DNA from: Candidatus Latescibacterota bacterium
GTDB taxonomy: Bacteria; Latescibacterota; UBA2968; UBA8231
DNA length: 64,000 nucleotides
Direction of reading: 5' to 3'
Assembly (NCBI GenBank): GCA_965203175.1
Contig: OZ241867.1
Location: 5,760,001-5,824,000 of the forward strand
In this document: positions 46,402 through 56,043 of the stretch, in pieces
How positions within the stretch are numbered: the first letter of the stretch is position 1
Layout: each line of letters starts with the position of its first letter
Notes under the pieces: model-generated
Databases searched by the model: none
What the model saw: the letters and a program-made list of their open reading frames with translations, nothing else
What the model was told of the DNA's origin: nothing
Made by a program: the position numbers and the translations under genes

Positions 46402-47746
46402 GGCACTAGGTTTTCTCGCCTGCGCATTGCTTTGCGCTTGCGACGGCGACGGCGACAGCGATCACTTAGCAGAAGCCAAGCGTCTAGCGACAGAGGGCAA
46501 ATACACCGATGCCGTCGCCGCGTGTACCCAGATCCTCGCAGCCAACCGCCAGCACCTTGAAGCTCTCTTGCTCTTGGCCCGCCTCAATCTGGTTCAAGGT
46601 CATCTAGCGCAGGCGGCGCAACTGGCCGAACAGGCCGTACAGCTAGCCCCTGATCACGCCGATACCTATCTCCTTTTGGGCGATATCTACGTCCGGCAGC
46701 GACGCAATGCCGATGCCGTGCTCATCTATCAAGAGGGTCTGCACGCCGCCCCCGAGCGGGGGGACTTCTACCGCAAACTCGCCAGAGCCTACGCCGACGA
46801 CGGACACTACAGCGAAGCCATAGAGGCCCTCCAGCAAGCCCTCAAACGCTCCGACGACGCGGCCATCCACTACAATTTGGGCGTGGTCTATGAGCGGCAG
46901 GCGCGCTACGAAGAGGCCAGCCGCGCATTTACCCGCACCACTGAGATAGACACAGCCTATGGCGACGCTTATTTCCGGTTGGGGCAAATCCGCGGCAATC
47001 AGGGCCTATTCGAAGAGGCTGCGGCTAACTTCGCGCGCATGATCAGCCTGGATCCAGACTACGCCCCGCCCTACACTGGGCTTGGCCAAGTCCGCATGCA
47101 GCAGGGCCGCTTAGACGAAGCCGAGCGCCTCTTTAAGCAAGCCATTGTCCTTGATCCTTTTGAGGCCGAAGCCTACCACCGACTCGGCACGCTCTTTTTG
47201 CGGCAGGGAGCCCAAGATCAAGGCGAGAAGCTCTTAGCCATGTTCAAACGCATCCAACCCGTCAGCGCCGACATCGAGCGTTTCCGCTATATCCTCAATA
47301 TCTACCCCGACGACGCCAACGCGCACTACAACCTAGGGGTGCTCTACGGAGGTCTTGGTCGCTACGCCGAGGCGGGCGTTGAGTACGCCTCGGCATTGCG
47401 CATCAACGACCAAGATCTCAGTGCCCGCAACAACTTGGCCAATGTTCTACTGCGGCAGGGACGCATTGACGAAGCGATCCACCACTACGAGATCGTGCTG
47501 GCGCTCAATCCGCGCTATGCCCAGGGCTTTAACAATCTGGGCTCGGCCTATATGATGAACGGCGATTTGCAGCAAGCCATCCAGGCTTTTGCCAAGGCGC
47601 TCAAGCTAGCGCCGGACAACGCCGATACTCACTTCAACCTTGCCCGTCTTTACAAAAGCCAGGGGCTGGATGCACGGGCCGATGCTGAGATGAAAATCTA
47701 CAATCAGCTTGTACAGGCGGCTAAAAAGAAAGAACACAGTGAGTGA
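46382..47746 (+). CDS. Tetratricopeptide-repeat lipoprotein
   Basis: Lipobox LCAC; about 10 TPR units (HYNLG, YTGLG, NNLG..., A..L.P). Confidence 0.9.
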   Translation: MTRLSYRALGFLACALLCACDGDGDSDHLAEAKRLATEGKYTDAVAACTQILAANRQHLEALLLLARLNLVQGHLAQAAQLAEQAVQLAPDHADTYLLLGDIYVRQRRNADAVLIYQEGLHAAPERGDFYRKLARAYADDGHYSEAIEALQQALKRSDDAAIHYNLGVVYERQARYEEASRAFTRTTEIDTAYGDAYFRLGQIRGNQGLFEEAAANFARMISLDPDYAPPYTGLGQVRMQQGRLDEAERLFKQAIVLDPFEAEAYHRLGTLFLRQGAQDQGEKLLAMFKRIQPVSADIERFRYILNIYPDDANAHYNLGVLYGGLGRYAEAGVEYASALRINDQDLSARNNLANVLLRQGRIDEAIHHYEIVLALNPRYAQGFNNLGSAYMMNGDLQQAIQAFAKALKLAPDNADTHFNLARLYKSQGLDARADAEMKIYNQLVQAAKKKEHSE

Positions 47747-49256
47747 AGAACAGCTAAACTACCAAAACCGCTTGCTGCTCTACGGCACCGTAACCATCTC
47801 CGGGGCGGCGGTGATGATGCTAGAGCTATTGGGCACGCGCATCATCGGCCCCTTTTACGGGGTCAGTCTCTACGTGTGGTCTTCGCTCATATCCGTCGCT
47901 TTGATCGCCTTGGCGCTGGGTTATTATCTCGGCGGCTTGGTCGCCGACAAACAGACGCACTTTCGGCTTTCCTACGCGATAGCACTCGCCGGGCTGACGA
48001 CGGCCGCGATTCCGCTTGTCTGCCGCCCGATCTTGTTATGGACTAATGATCTGGGGCTGCGCGCCGGGGCCTTCACCAGTGCCCTGCTGCTTTTTTCTCT
48101 GCCGCTGACCTGCCTCGGGATGGTGGGGCCACAGGTAATCGAACTGGCGGCGCGGCGGCGGGCTGGCGTGGGCATGGCAGCCGGCTCGGTCTTTGCCGTC
48201 AGCACGGTCGGCAGCGTGGTGGGCACCTTGCTGTTGGGGTTTTTCTTGCTGCCGGCCCTTGGGTCGCGGGTGATCCTCTACGGAGTTAGTGCGGCTTTGA
48301 TCCTGTTAGCACTCATCGTGGCACTATACGAGCGACGGTGGGGGCACGCAGCGGTAGGACCGGTCGCAGCCGCGGCGATTGTGACCGGCGCGACGCTCTG
48401 GTTACAGACCGACCCAAAGCCGACCGAATACGGGAATTATCGCCTAGTCCACCAAGCCGAAAGCCACTACGGCTGGGTGCGGGTCGTCGATGACCGCGAC
48501 CGCCGAGTGCGGTGGATGCTGTCGGACGCTTCAGTCATCAGCGCGCTGCGGCTCGACACGCGCGGGCCGGTGCTCAGCTACCAAAAAATCATCGCCGACC
48601 TGCCCCAATTGCACCCAGAGGGGCGCAATGCGCTGCTGATCGGCCTCGGCGGCGGCTACATTGCCATGGCCTTTGCGGCCCAAGGCATTGCCACCGACGC
48701 GCTAGAACTGGACCCAGAGGTGGCTAAAGCCGCGCAGCAATACTTTCTCTACGAGCCATCGGGCGCGCTGCTGGTCGGCGATGCCCGCTACGAAATCCGC
48801 CGCTTGGACCAGCAATACGACTTCATCGTCCACGACTGCTTTACCGGCGGATCTGTGCCCAGCCACCTGCTGAGTGTCGAAATGCTCCGCGAGCTCGACC
48901 GGCTCCTCAAAGACGACGGCCTCTTAGCCCTAAACTTCGTCGGCTTCACCGAAGGGCCAGAAGCCGATGCCGCGGCGGCCGTGTACCGGACGCTGGGCGA
49001 GGTCTATCCGCACCGGCTAGCCCTCGTCTCGCTGCCGGGCGAAGCGTTTAACGACTTTGTCTTCTTAGCTGCGCGGCAGCCGATTTCCCCGACGGATGAG
49101 GCCGCGTGGCTCGCGGCACACGAACATCCCATGCCCGCCAAGGGCGAACTCATCACCGACGACTTCAACCCGCTTGAACGGCTGCAAGTGGCCAAAGCCG
49201 AGCGCTACCGGGCCCTCTTGCTAGAGCGCATGGGGCCGATGCTGCTGGCCTTCTGA
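47739..49256 (+). CDS. Fused MFS-like membrane domain / spermidine-synthase-like SAM-dependent protein
   Basis: MLELLGTRII.PFYG; STVGSVVG; LIGLGGG; ELDPEV; GDAR; DCF; ITDDFNP. Confidence 0.85.
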   Translation: MSEEQLNYQNRLLLYGTVTISGAAVMMLELLGTRIIGPFYGVSLYVWSSLISVALIALALGYYLGGLVADKQTHFRLSYAIALAGLTTAAIPLVCRPILLWTNDLGLRAGAFTSALLLFSLPLTCLGMVGPQVIELAARRRAGVGMAAGSVFAVSTVGSVVGTLLLGFFLLPALGSRVILYGVSAALILLALIVALYERRWGHAAVGPVAAAAIVTGATLWLQTDPKPTEYGNYRLVHQAESHYGWVRVVDDRDRRVRWMLSDASVISALRLDTRGPVLSYQKIIADLPQLHPEGRNALLIGLGGGYIAMAFAAQGIATDALELDPEVAKAAQQYFLYEPSGALLVGDARYEIRRLDQQYDFIVHDCFTGGSVPSHLLSVEMLRELDRLLKDDGLLALNFVGFTEGPEADAAAAVYRTLGEVYPHRLALVSLPGEAFNDFVFLAARQPISPTDEAAWLAAHEHPMPAKGELITDDFNPLERLQVAKAERYRALLLERMGPMLLAF

Positions 49257-49272
49257 CAAAAGGAGTGTTGCC

Positions 49273-49791
49273 GTGCTAAAAATTCTCAAGGTTCCCGTGG
49301 AGCCATTGACCCCCTCGGCTTTTGCCCCTTTCGGGCAAGTCATCTCCACCTTTGACGAGGCCAAACCCGAGGTCGTGGTGGGCGCACTCGTCGAGCGCGC
49401 ATACACCGTGCGGGCCGAGGTCAAAGACCCCTCATCCGACCAGCTCGACCTATCCGAAGGCCGGCTGCGGGCGCACTTTGCCTTTCACGACGACGCTGGG
49501 CAGTCCTTCTATCCGAGTCGGCACTGTCCGACCGTATTTTTCGTGGCCCCGATCCAGCCCATGATCGAGCCGGAGGATCTGCGCGCCTTTTACTCCGACG
49601 GCAGCACCGGCATCTGCATGCACCTAAAGGTGTGGCACACCATGCCCGTGTGCCTGCGCGGCGAGGAGGTGTACTTAACCGCGCGCGGCAACCAGAACTA
49701 TCACGACCACTCAGTCGATGTCCACTTCGACCAAGACCGCGGCTTGGCCCTGCTGCCCGACATGAGCAGCGTCCCCAACTGGCAGGAGTAG
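49273..49791 (+). CDS. Ureidoglycolate lyase (AllA)-like cupin
   Basis: AAGGAG RBS; EPLTPSAFAPFGQVI; H....QSF; LRAF; VWH. Confidence 0.68.
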   Translation: MLKILKVPVEPLTPSAFAPFGQVISTFDEAKPEVVVGALVERAYTVRAEVKDPSSDQLDLSEGRLRAHFAFHDDAGQSFYPSRHCPTVFFVAPIQPMIEPEDLRAFYSDGSTGICMHLKVWHTMPVCLRGEEVYLTARGNQNYHDHSVDVHFDQDRGLALLPDMSSVPNWQE

Positions 49792-49794
49792 CCA

Positions 49795-51039
49795 ATGGAC
49801 AAGGTGCGCTTGGCCCTCGTCGGCTGCGGCGGCATGGGCACCCGCCATCTGTACGGCCTCAAGCAGCTAGCCGACTCCCCCTTCGATGCAGTCGAACTGA
49901 GCGCGGTTTGCGACATCAGCGCGGAAAACGCCGAAATGGCCGCTTCCGAAGCCGAGAAACTCCTCGGAGTCCGCCCCAAGGTCTGCACCAACATGGAGGC
50001 GATGGTCCAGCAGGTGCCGGACCTGGAAGCCGTGGACGTGGTGACCGATCCTTCGGTGCATCACACCGTCGTCTGCGAAGCCCTCGACTTGGGATTGCAC
50101 GTGCTAGTCGAAAAACCGCTGGCCATCACGGTGAGAGCCTGTCAGCGAATCATCGACGCAGCTGCGCGCAACGAGCGCATTGTCTCCGTAGCTGAAAATT
50201 TCCGCCGCGATCCTTCGGCCCGCATCGTGCGTCACTTGATCGACACCGGTGCCATCGGCACGCCCTATATGGGGATGTACCACTCGCTCGGCGCGGGCAA
50301 CTCCATCTTTATCACCCCTTGGCGCCACCGCCGGGAGTTGGGCGGTTTTATCCTCGACATGGCCGTGCACTTCACCCACATGATCCGCTACCAGTTGGGG
50401 GATTTTGCCGAAGTCTATGCCGATGCGCGGATGATAGAGCCGGAGCGGCAAAAAGCGGCAGCCATGTCCATGGACTACGAATTCTACAAAAAGCGCTTCG
50501 CAGCCATGCCCGAGCGCATACCCGCCGCGGCCGAGGACACGACCCAAGCGATCTTCAAAATGGAGAGCGGCGCGACCCTAAACTGGATCGTCGGAATCGC
50601 CGGCCACGCAGGCGCGCACCGCGAGCTAATCATGGGCACCGACGGCAGCATTGACGGCTTTGGCGTGCGCGGAGGGCGCATAACGCTTGCGCGGCGCGAT
50701 GCCGAGACTCTGAGCCAAGAGGACATCCTAGCGTCTGCCGAGGGCGCGGGACTAGCATTCGACCCGCTAACTCGCCACCTCTTTCCGAGCGGCGTCTCGG
50801 CCGGCGACCCGCTCGTCGATTTGAAGCTAATCGCGTATGAGCTACACGAAATGGCGGAAGCCGTTCGCGGCCAGCGCACCGTCGAAGTGGATGGCCGCTG
50901 CGGCCTGAAGGACGTGGCCGCACTCTACGCGGTCTTCGAGTCGTGGTGCGCCGGTGGCCCAGTGGCGCTCAGCGCGGTCGAATCCTGCCAATCATACGCC
51001 TATCAAGCAGAGATAGACGCCGCCTTGGGCATCGACTAA
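49795..51039 (+). CDS. Gfo/Idh/MocA family oxidoreductase
   Basis: VGCGGMG; HVLVEKP; AENFR; DMAVH. Confidence 0.92.
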   Translation: MDKVRLALVGCGGMGTRHLYGLKQLADSPFDAVELSAVCDISAENAEMAASEAEKLLGVRPKVCTNMEAMVQQVPDLEAVDVVTDPSVHHTVVCEALDLGLHVLVEKPLAITVRACQRIIDAAARNERIVSVAENFRRDPSARIVRHLIDTGAIGTPYMGMYHSLGAGNSIFITPWRHRRELGGFILDMAVHFTHMIRYQLGDFAEVYADARMIEPERQKAAAMSMDYEFYKKRFAAMPERIPAAAEDTTQAIFKMESGATLNWIVGIAGHAGAHRELIMGTDGSIDGFGVRGGRITLARRDAETLSQEDILASAEGAGLAFDPLTRHLFPSGVSAGDPLVDLKLIAYELHEMAEAVRGQRTVEVDGRCGLKDVAALYAVFESWCAGGPVALSAVESCQSYAYQAEIDAALGID

Positions 51040-51063
51040 TCACGCCAATAAAAGGAGATTGCC

Positions 51064-51606
51064 ATGTGGAACCTCGTCAAAATCCCAGTAGAACCGCTCG
51101 TACCCGAGACGTTTGCCCCCTTCGGCCACGTAATTCGCACCTTTGAGGAGCGCAAGCCGGACAAAGTCAAAGGCGGTTATGCCACCAACGCGTACCCAGT
51201 CCTTGCCACGCCGGGATCCGAGCCCAAAGATGGCCCCGACTGGTACGTACCCCATCCGCAGCGCGTGCCCATCTCCGAGGGGCTGGAACGCGCCCATTTT
51301 GCCTTTCACACGGATGCCGGCCAATCGTTTTACCCCAGCTTACACTCGCCGAGCGTGTTTCTCGTCGGAGCGATCCAAGACGACATCCAAGCCGAAGAAC
51401 TGCGCGCTTTTTACTCGGCGGGCGACGTAGGCGTCTGCTTGCACCTCGGAGTGTGGCACACCATGCCCATCTGCGTCGAGGGCCACGACGTGTATCAGAC
51501 CACCCGCGGCGACCAAGACTACCAAGCGCACTCCGTGGAAATCGACTTCGACTTGGAGCGCGGGCAGTCCATTGTGCCGGACATGGACAATTTTAAAGGA
51601 GTTTGA
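51064..51606 (+). CDS. Ureidoglycolate lyase (AllA)-like cupin (paralog 2)
   Basis: AAGGAG RBS; EPLVPETFAPFGHVI; HFAFH.DAGQSFYPS and VWHTMP shared with 49273-49791. Confidence 0.68.
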   Translation: MWNLVKIPVEPLVPETFAPFGHVIRTFEERKPDKVKGGYATNAYPVLATPGSEPKDGPDWYVPHPQRVPISEGLERAHFAFHTDAGQSFYPSLHSPSVFLVGAIQDDIQAEELRAFYSAGDVGVCLHLGVWHTMPICVEGHDVYQTTRGDQDYQAHSVEIDFDLERGQSIVPDMDNFKGV

Positions 51607-51610
51607 GCAA

Positions 51611-51931
51611 ATGCGACGAGTTGGTTTTCAGATGCAGGTCAAAAAAGATCGAATCGTCGAGTACAAGGAAGTGCATCGCCAAGTATGGCCCGAAGTCTGC
51701 GCGGCTCTCACGCGCCACAGCTGGCACCGCTACTCGCTCTTTATGAACGCAGACGGCCTCGTCTTCGGCTATTTTGAGACTGAGACGGATTTTGCCACGG
51801 CCCTCGACGGCTTTCTCGCCGAAGAGGCCACGCAGCGCTGGGGGGAAGCCAACGAGGGATTAGTCGAAATACCAGAGGGCGGCCCCAAAGACGCGCTAAT
51901 CGAACTAGAAGAGGTCTTCCACCTCGACTAG
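51611..51931 (+). CDS. rhaM: L-rhamnose mutarotase family protein
   Basis: AAGGAG then ATG 51611; EYKEVH..VWPE, YSLF, LEEVFHLD C-terminus. Confidence 0.8.
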   Translation: MRRVGFQMQVKKDRIVEYKEVHRQVWPEVCAALTRHSWHRYSLFMNADGLVFGYFETETDFATALDGFLAEEATQRWGEANEGLVEIPEGGPKDALIELEEVFHLD

Positions 51932-51935
51932 CACC

Positions 51936-54176
51936 ATGAATTCCTTGCGCCGCGACCAAGTGGCCATCGGCTTGGTCGCGGCCATGCTGGTGGCGCTAGA
52001 AATCGTCTGGACGCGGATATTCTCCGCTGAATTCTTCTATTCCTTTGCCTTTCTCGTAGTTTCCCTCGCCGTACTGGGCCTCGGCCTCGGGGCGCTGTCG
52101 CTGCGCTTCTGGCCAGCGTGGGCTACTTCGCCGCGAATCGGCACGGCCGCGCTCTTGGCCAGTGGAACCGCCGTGCTCGGGCCGGCTGCTGTAACGCGCC
52201 TGCCCATCGAATTCGTCGCGCTGGGGCGCTCTGGGGGCGACCTCGCCTTGCTCGCCGTGGGCGTGGGGCTGCTGGTGCTGCCCTATCTGGCCGGCGGGGC
52301 CTTCTGCGCCGCGCTCTTGCGCCGCCACCGCCAAAACACCGCCCAGCTCTACGCAGCCGACCTCGTGGGAGCAGCCAGCGGTGGCCTAGCCGCAATCGCC
52401 GCGATGAACATTTTTGGGGTGCCGGCCGCAGCCGTGCTGTGCTGCATTCCCGGTGCCCTAGCCGGATGGGGGCCTAGCCGCTACCAGCGCACAGGGGCAC
52501 TGGCCCTACTCGTCGCACTTGTCGGCGCGACCTTTGCAGCCGATACCGCGCTCGTGTCCAAGGCACCTGCCAAGGCTCCCATCGTCGCCGAGCGCTGGGA
52601 CGCCATGGGCCGCATCCGGGTCTATGCCTACAGCGCGGCCGAGCGCGGCATCGACATTGACGGCGCAGCCAACATGCTGCTCTACCGCGTGCGCGACGAC
52701 TGGCGCGAGGGACTGCCTGCGGTCGCACCCGAGTTTGCACTCGACCTGCGGCCACTGGTCCGCGCACTCTCACCCGAGCGGGTGATGGTGGTCGGGGCCG
52801 GTGGGGGCAGTGAAGTGATGCAGGCCAAATGGGGCGGCGCGCAGCGCGTCGATGCGGTCGAAGTCAACGCTGGCCTCAACGAGATGCTCACCCACGGGAC
52901 CCAAGCTGCGTTTTTTGGCCACCTGTACAAAAGTGACGGGGTCGCGATTCACAGCACAGACGCCCGCGTCTATGCCCGACAGCACCCGACCGCGTTTGAC
53001 CTGATTATCTCGCGCAGTTCCAATACGTTCGCCGCGCTCTCGTCTGGGGCATTTGCCCTCGCCGAAAACTACCTATTCACCACCGAGGCCCTCGCCGATT
53101 TCTATCGCGCCCTGACCGCAGACGGGATTTTGCTAATTGAACACCAAGTGTACATACCGCGTCTGACCAGCGCCGCTTTAGAGTCGCTGCGAGAACTGGG
53201 GCTAGCCGCGGAAAGCCACCTCGCGGTGTACGACCTGCCCACGCAGCGACGGCAGGTGTTGGTCTTGGGACGGCAGCCACTGGCGTGCACCCTAGTCGAT
53301 ACGACCTTACCGGCCCTGTTTGCCGCAGCCGACCCGGCGAGTCGCACCCTCCATCCGACCCCCGCAGCCAAACACCTAATCAGCCGGATTGTTGCCGATG
53401 GCTGGGAAGCGCATTGGCCCACCGCAGCCATCGACATCAGCCCGCCGACCGACGACCGGCCCTTTGTGGCGCAGATGGGGCGCTGGGACCGCTTGGATCG
53501 CGGGCGGCAGCAACAGGCATTGGCCTTTGAGTTTGCCGGATTTCCGCTGGCGCGGCTGCTGGTGGTGGCCGTACTGGCGATCGTCGTCGCGGTGGGAGTG
53601 CCCCTCTTGCTCTTGCCGCGACGATGGGGGCACACTGGATTGTCGGGAGTCGCTTGGCTGTACTTCGCCGCCATTGGCATGGGTTACATGTTGATCGAGG
53701 TAGTGTGGATCCAGCAATACAGCCTGCTCTTGGGCCATTCGGCCTATACGTTTCCAATCGTCCTGTTGGCACTCTTGCTGAGTTCGGGCGCGGGAAGTTT
53801 CTACTCGCAGCGCGGCGGCCCGTGGCTGCCGTTCGTCTTTGTCGCCGCGTGGACATCGGCGCATCTGGTGCTCTTTCCTCACATAGTGGCAATCTGTGGA
53901 GGGCTTGATTGGGGAGTGCGGGTTGCCATAAGCTGCGCGTTGATCGCCCCGCCGGGCTTCTTGATGGGCATGCCCTTTCCGCGCGCCGCGCGCTACGTCG
54001 GCGAGTGCATCGACTGGGGATTTGCCGTCAACGGCGTGGCCTCGGTCTTCGGCGCGACCTTAGCGGTTTTCATCGCCCTGCATTGGGGCTTTGCCATTGC
54101 ACTGTGGGCCGCGGTCGGCTGCTATCTGGGGGCCCTGCTGCTGATGCGTAGTATGGCGCGGTTAAAGAAAATGTAG
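51936..54176 (+). CDS. Membrane protein with central spermidine-synthase-like SAM-binding domain
   Basis: LEIVWTRIFS; LYAADLVGA; VGAGGG; VEVN; ENYLFT.EA; TDDRPF; MGMPFP; NGVASV. Confidence 0.8.
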   Translation: MNSLRRDQVAIGLVAAMLVALEIVWTRIFSAEFFYSFAFLVVSLAVLGLGLGALSLRFWPAWATSPRIGTAALLASGTAVLGPAAVTRLPIEFVALGRSGGDLALLAVGVGLLVLPYLAGGAFCAALLRRHRQNTAQLYAADLVGAASGGLAAIAAMNIFGVPAAAVLCCIPGALAGWGPSRYQRTGALALLVALVGATFAADTALVSKAPAKAPIVAERWDAMGRIRVYAYSAAERGIDIDGAANMLLYRVRDDWREGLPAVAPEFALDLRPLVRALSPERVMVVGAGGGSEVMQAKWGGAQRVDAVEVNAGLNEMLTHGTQAAFFGHLYKSDGVAIHSTDARVYARQHPTAFDLIISRSSNTFAALSSGAFALAENYLFTTEALADFYRALTADGILLIEHQVYIPRLTSAALESLRELGLAAESHLAVYDLPTQRRQVLVLGRQPLACTLVDTTLPALFAAADPASRTLHPTPAAKHLISRIVADGWEAHWPTAAIDISPPTDDRPFVAQMGRWDRLDRGRQQQALAFEFAGFPLARLLVVAVLAIVVAVGVPLLLLPRRWGHTGLSGVAWLYFAAIGMGYMLIEVVWIQQYSLLLGHSAYTFPIVLLALLLSSGAGSFYSQRGGPWLPFVFVAAWTSAHLVLFPHIVAICGGLDWGVRVAISCALIAPPGFLMGMPFPRAARYVGECIDWGFAVNGVASVFGATLAVFIALHWGFAIALWAAVGCYLGALLLMRSMARLKKM

Positions 54177-54248
54177 GGCCACATTAGATCAGGTATGTCC
54201 GAGACATGCAGGGCGGGTCTACTTCGGGTCCGGATCGCATCGGTACAG

Positions 54249-55802
54249 TTACGAACTCGGCGAGTCGACGAACTGAAACGCGTACAGCTTGCAGTCGCGC
54301 ATGACGAAGCGGATCCGGATCGGTTTCCCAGATAACGAACTGACATCCTCGCGCTCCCCCCAGCGCACCGGCATGCGCACCGAATTGCCGCAGATGTAGG
54401 ACGCATCGTCCTCTGTGTAGCCGCTGACCGGCCGGCCGGACTCATCCTGAAGCTCCACGCGCACCGCGCCGCCGCCGCCGGTGTCGAGATTCAGTTCCAA
54501 ACGCTCGCCCTCGAAGCGGACAATCGGCGTAACGATTTCGCCGCCGCCGTAGCCCGCATCCGCCGATACAAACCCGTCCAACCGAAGAATCGCGCGACCA
54601 ATGCCGGAAAGGAGGCCCTTACCCGCCGGGTCGAGGAGGCCGTCGTGATCCCTGTTGGTGCCGCTGTAGTAGATCCAAATTTCATCACCCATCCGCACCG
54701 GATGCGGCATGGCCCAGATCATGCGCGAGGAGAAACTGCCTTCGGGCCCCGGGCTCAGAAAAGGCCGACGTCCGCCACAGCGCTGGAAGTTCACTCCGTC
54801 GCGGCTCACCGACAGGCGCGCGTCGAAGCGGCTGGGCCCGTAGATCTGCTGGGTCTCGGTGCGCACGACGTCCATGTCGTCGCGGACCGTGGTCACCACC
54901 GGCTCGCGGTTGAACCAGTACCAATTGGCGTTGGCGAGCATGACGTACACGCCGTTCGGGTCCGGGTACTTGAATACAGTTGCGCCGTAATAGTCCATCG
55001 GCGTCCTGCCGTAGGGTTTTTCCGGCGCGGTTGGATCCAGCGGCGCGCCGGTCTCGTAGGTCGCCAAGTCTTCTTCGTCCGGCCACATGACCGTCTCCTG
55101 ATTGTCCCAGTTGACGAGATCGTCAGACTCGAGCCGTCTGACCGTCCGGTAGTTCTCGTTTCCCTCGGCGGTGGTGTGGCGTTTGGCGACCCAGCGGCGG
55201 GTGTAGAGGACGTAGCGCCCGATGGCCGGATCCCAGAAAATGATGCTCTGCGTATCCCAGCCACCCCGGTGCGGGAGCTGCAAGCGGCGAAGGAATTTCC
55301 AGTGGATGCCGTCCGGCGAGCTGTGCATGTGGAACTGCATCGCCACATCGGGATTGTAGACCTTCGACTGGTTCTTGTAGCGCTCCTCGGGTGGGGCATG
55401 CGGGTCGATCCAGACCGAGCTGCCACCGAGCTTGCTCGGGATGACGACGTTGTTGGCGGTCGACCCGCTCTCTTCGATCAGGTGCAGCTCCGGCTTGTCG
55501 AAGTGGATGCCGTCCGTCGATTCGGCATAGCCAACGTAGGCCTGGTCGAGGCTGAGCTCGGATTCCTCCTTTGCCCTGCGCACGTGATACCACAGTTGGA
55601 TGCGACCGTCATCTTCCCCCAACACGCTGCTGTAAATGCCAAAGCTCGTGTCGGACGGATCCTCCCACGGGGCGTCGACGGTCACCACCGGCTCCGGGGC
55701 CTGGTAGGGTGGATTCATGGTGAGCTCCACTCCATTGCCAGTGGCGATGAAGCGATCGTCGACGAAAAGCTGTTTGCTCGATCCAATATCTATAGGCTGC
55801 AT
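54249..55802 (-). CDS. GH32/GH43-like beta-propeller protein with C-terminal beta-sandwich
   Basis: KQLFVDD, YAESTDGIHF.KP, SPDGIHW, SRDGVNF, LRLDGFVS, LYAFQF; GAGG RBS. Confidence 0.65.
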   Translation of the reverse strand: MQPIDIGSSKQLFVDDRFIATGNGVELTMNPPYQAPEPVVTVDAPWEDPSDTSFGIYSSVLGEDDGRIQLWYHVRRAKEESELSLDQAYVGYAESTDGIHFDKPELHLIEESGSTANNVVIPSKLGGSSVWIDPHAPPEERYKNQSKVYNPDVAMQFHMHSSPDGIHWKFLRRLQLPHRGGWDTQSIIFWDPAIGRYVLYTRRWVAKRHTTAEGNENYRTVRRLESDDLVNWDNQETVMWPDEEDLATYETGAPLDPTAPEKPYGRTPMDYYGATVFKYPDPNGVYVMLANANWYWFNREPVVTTVRDDMDVVRTETQQIYGPSRFDARLSVSRDGVNFQRCGGRRPFLSPGPEGSFSSRMIWAMPHPVRMGDEIWIYYSGTNRDHDGLLDPAGKGLLSGIGRAILRLDGFVSADAGYGGGEIVTPIVRFEGERLELNLDTGGGGAVRVELQDESGRPVSGYTEDDASYICGNSVRMPVRWGEREDVSSLSGKPIRIRFVMRDCKLYAFQFVDSPSS

Positions 55803-56043
55803 GATGTCCTCGTTGCAGGCCCGCGTTTCGCGCGCCCGCGGTTTGTCTATCGTGGACAGTTTGCAATTGGGGCGAATCTATGGCAATTGAACCAATACGC
55901 CTATGGGCTTGACTGAGGGGGGACAAGACGATACCTTGGCCACAACAGGTTCCTTGGAAGAGAAGGCATTGATTTTTGGTCATGCCCAAGCTACTAAGGA
56001 GCCTGTCTTTTTTCAACCGCGCCGACCAAAAAAACGACGATTC

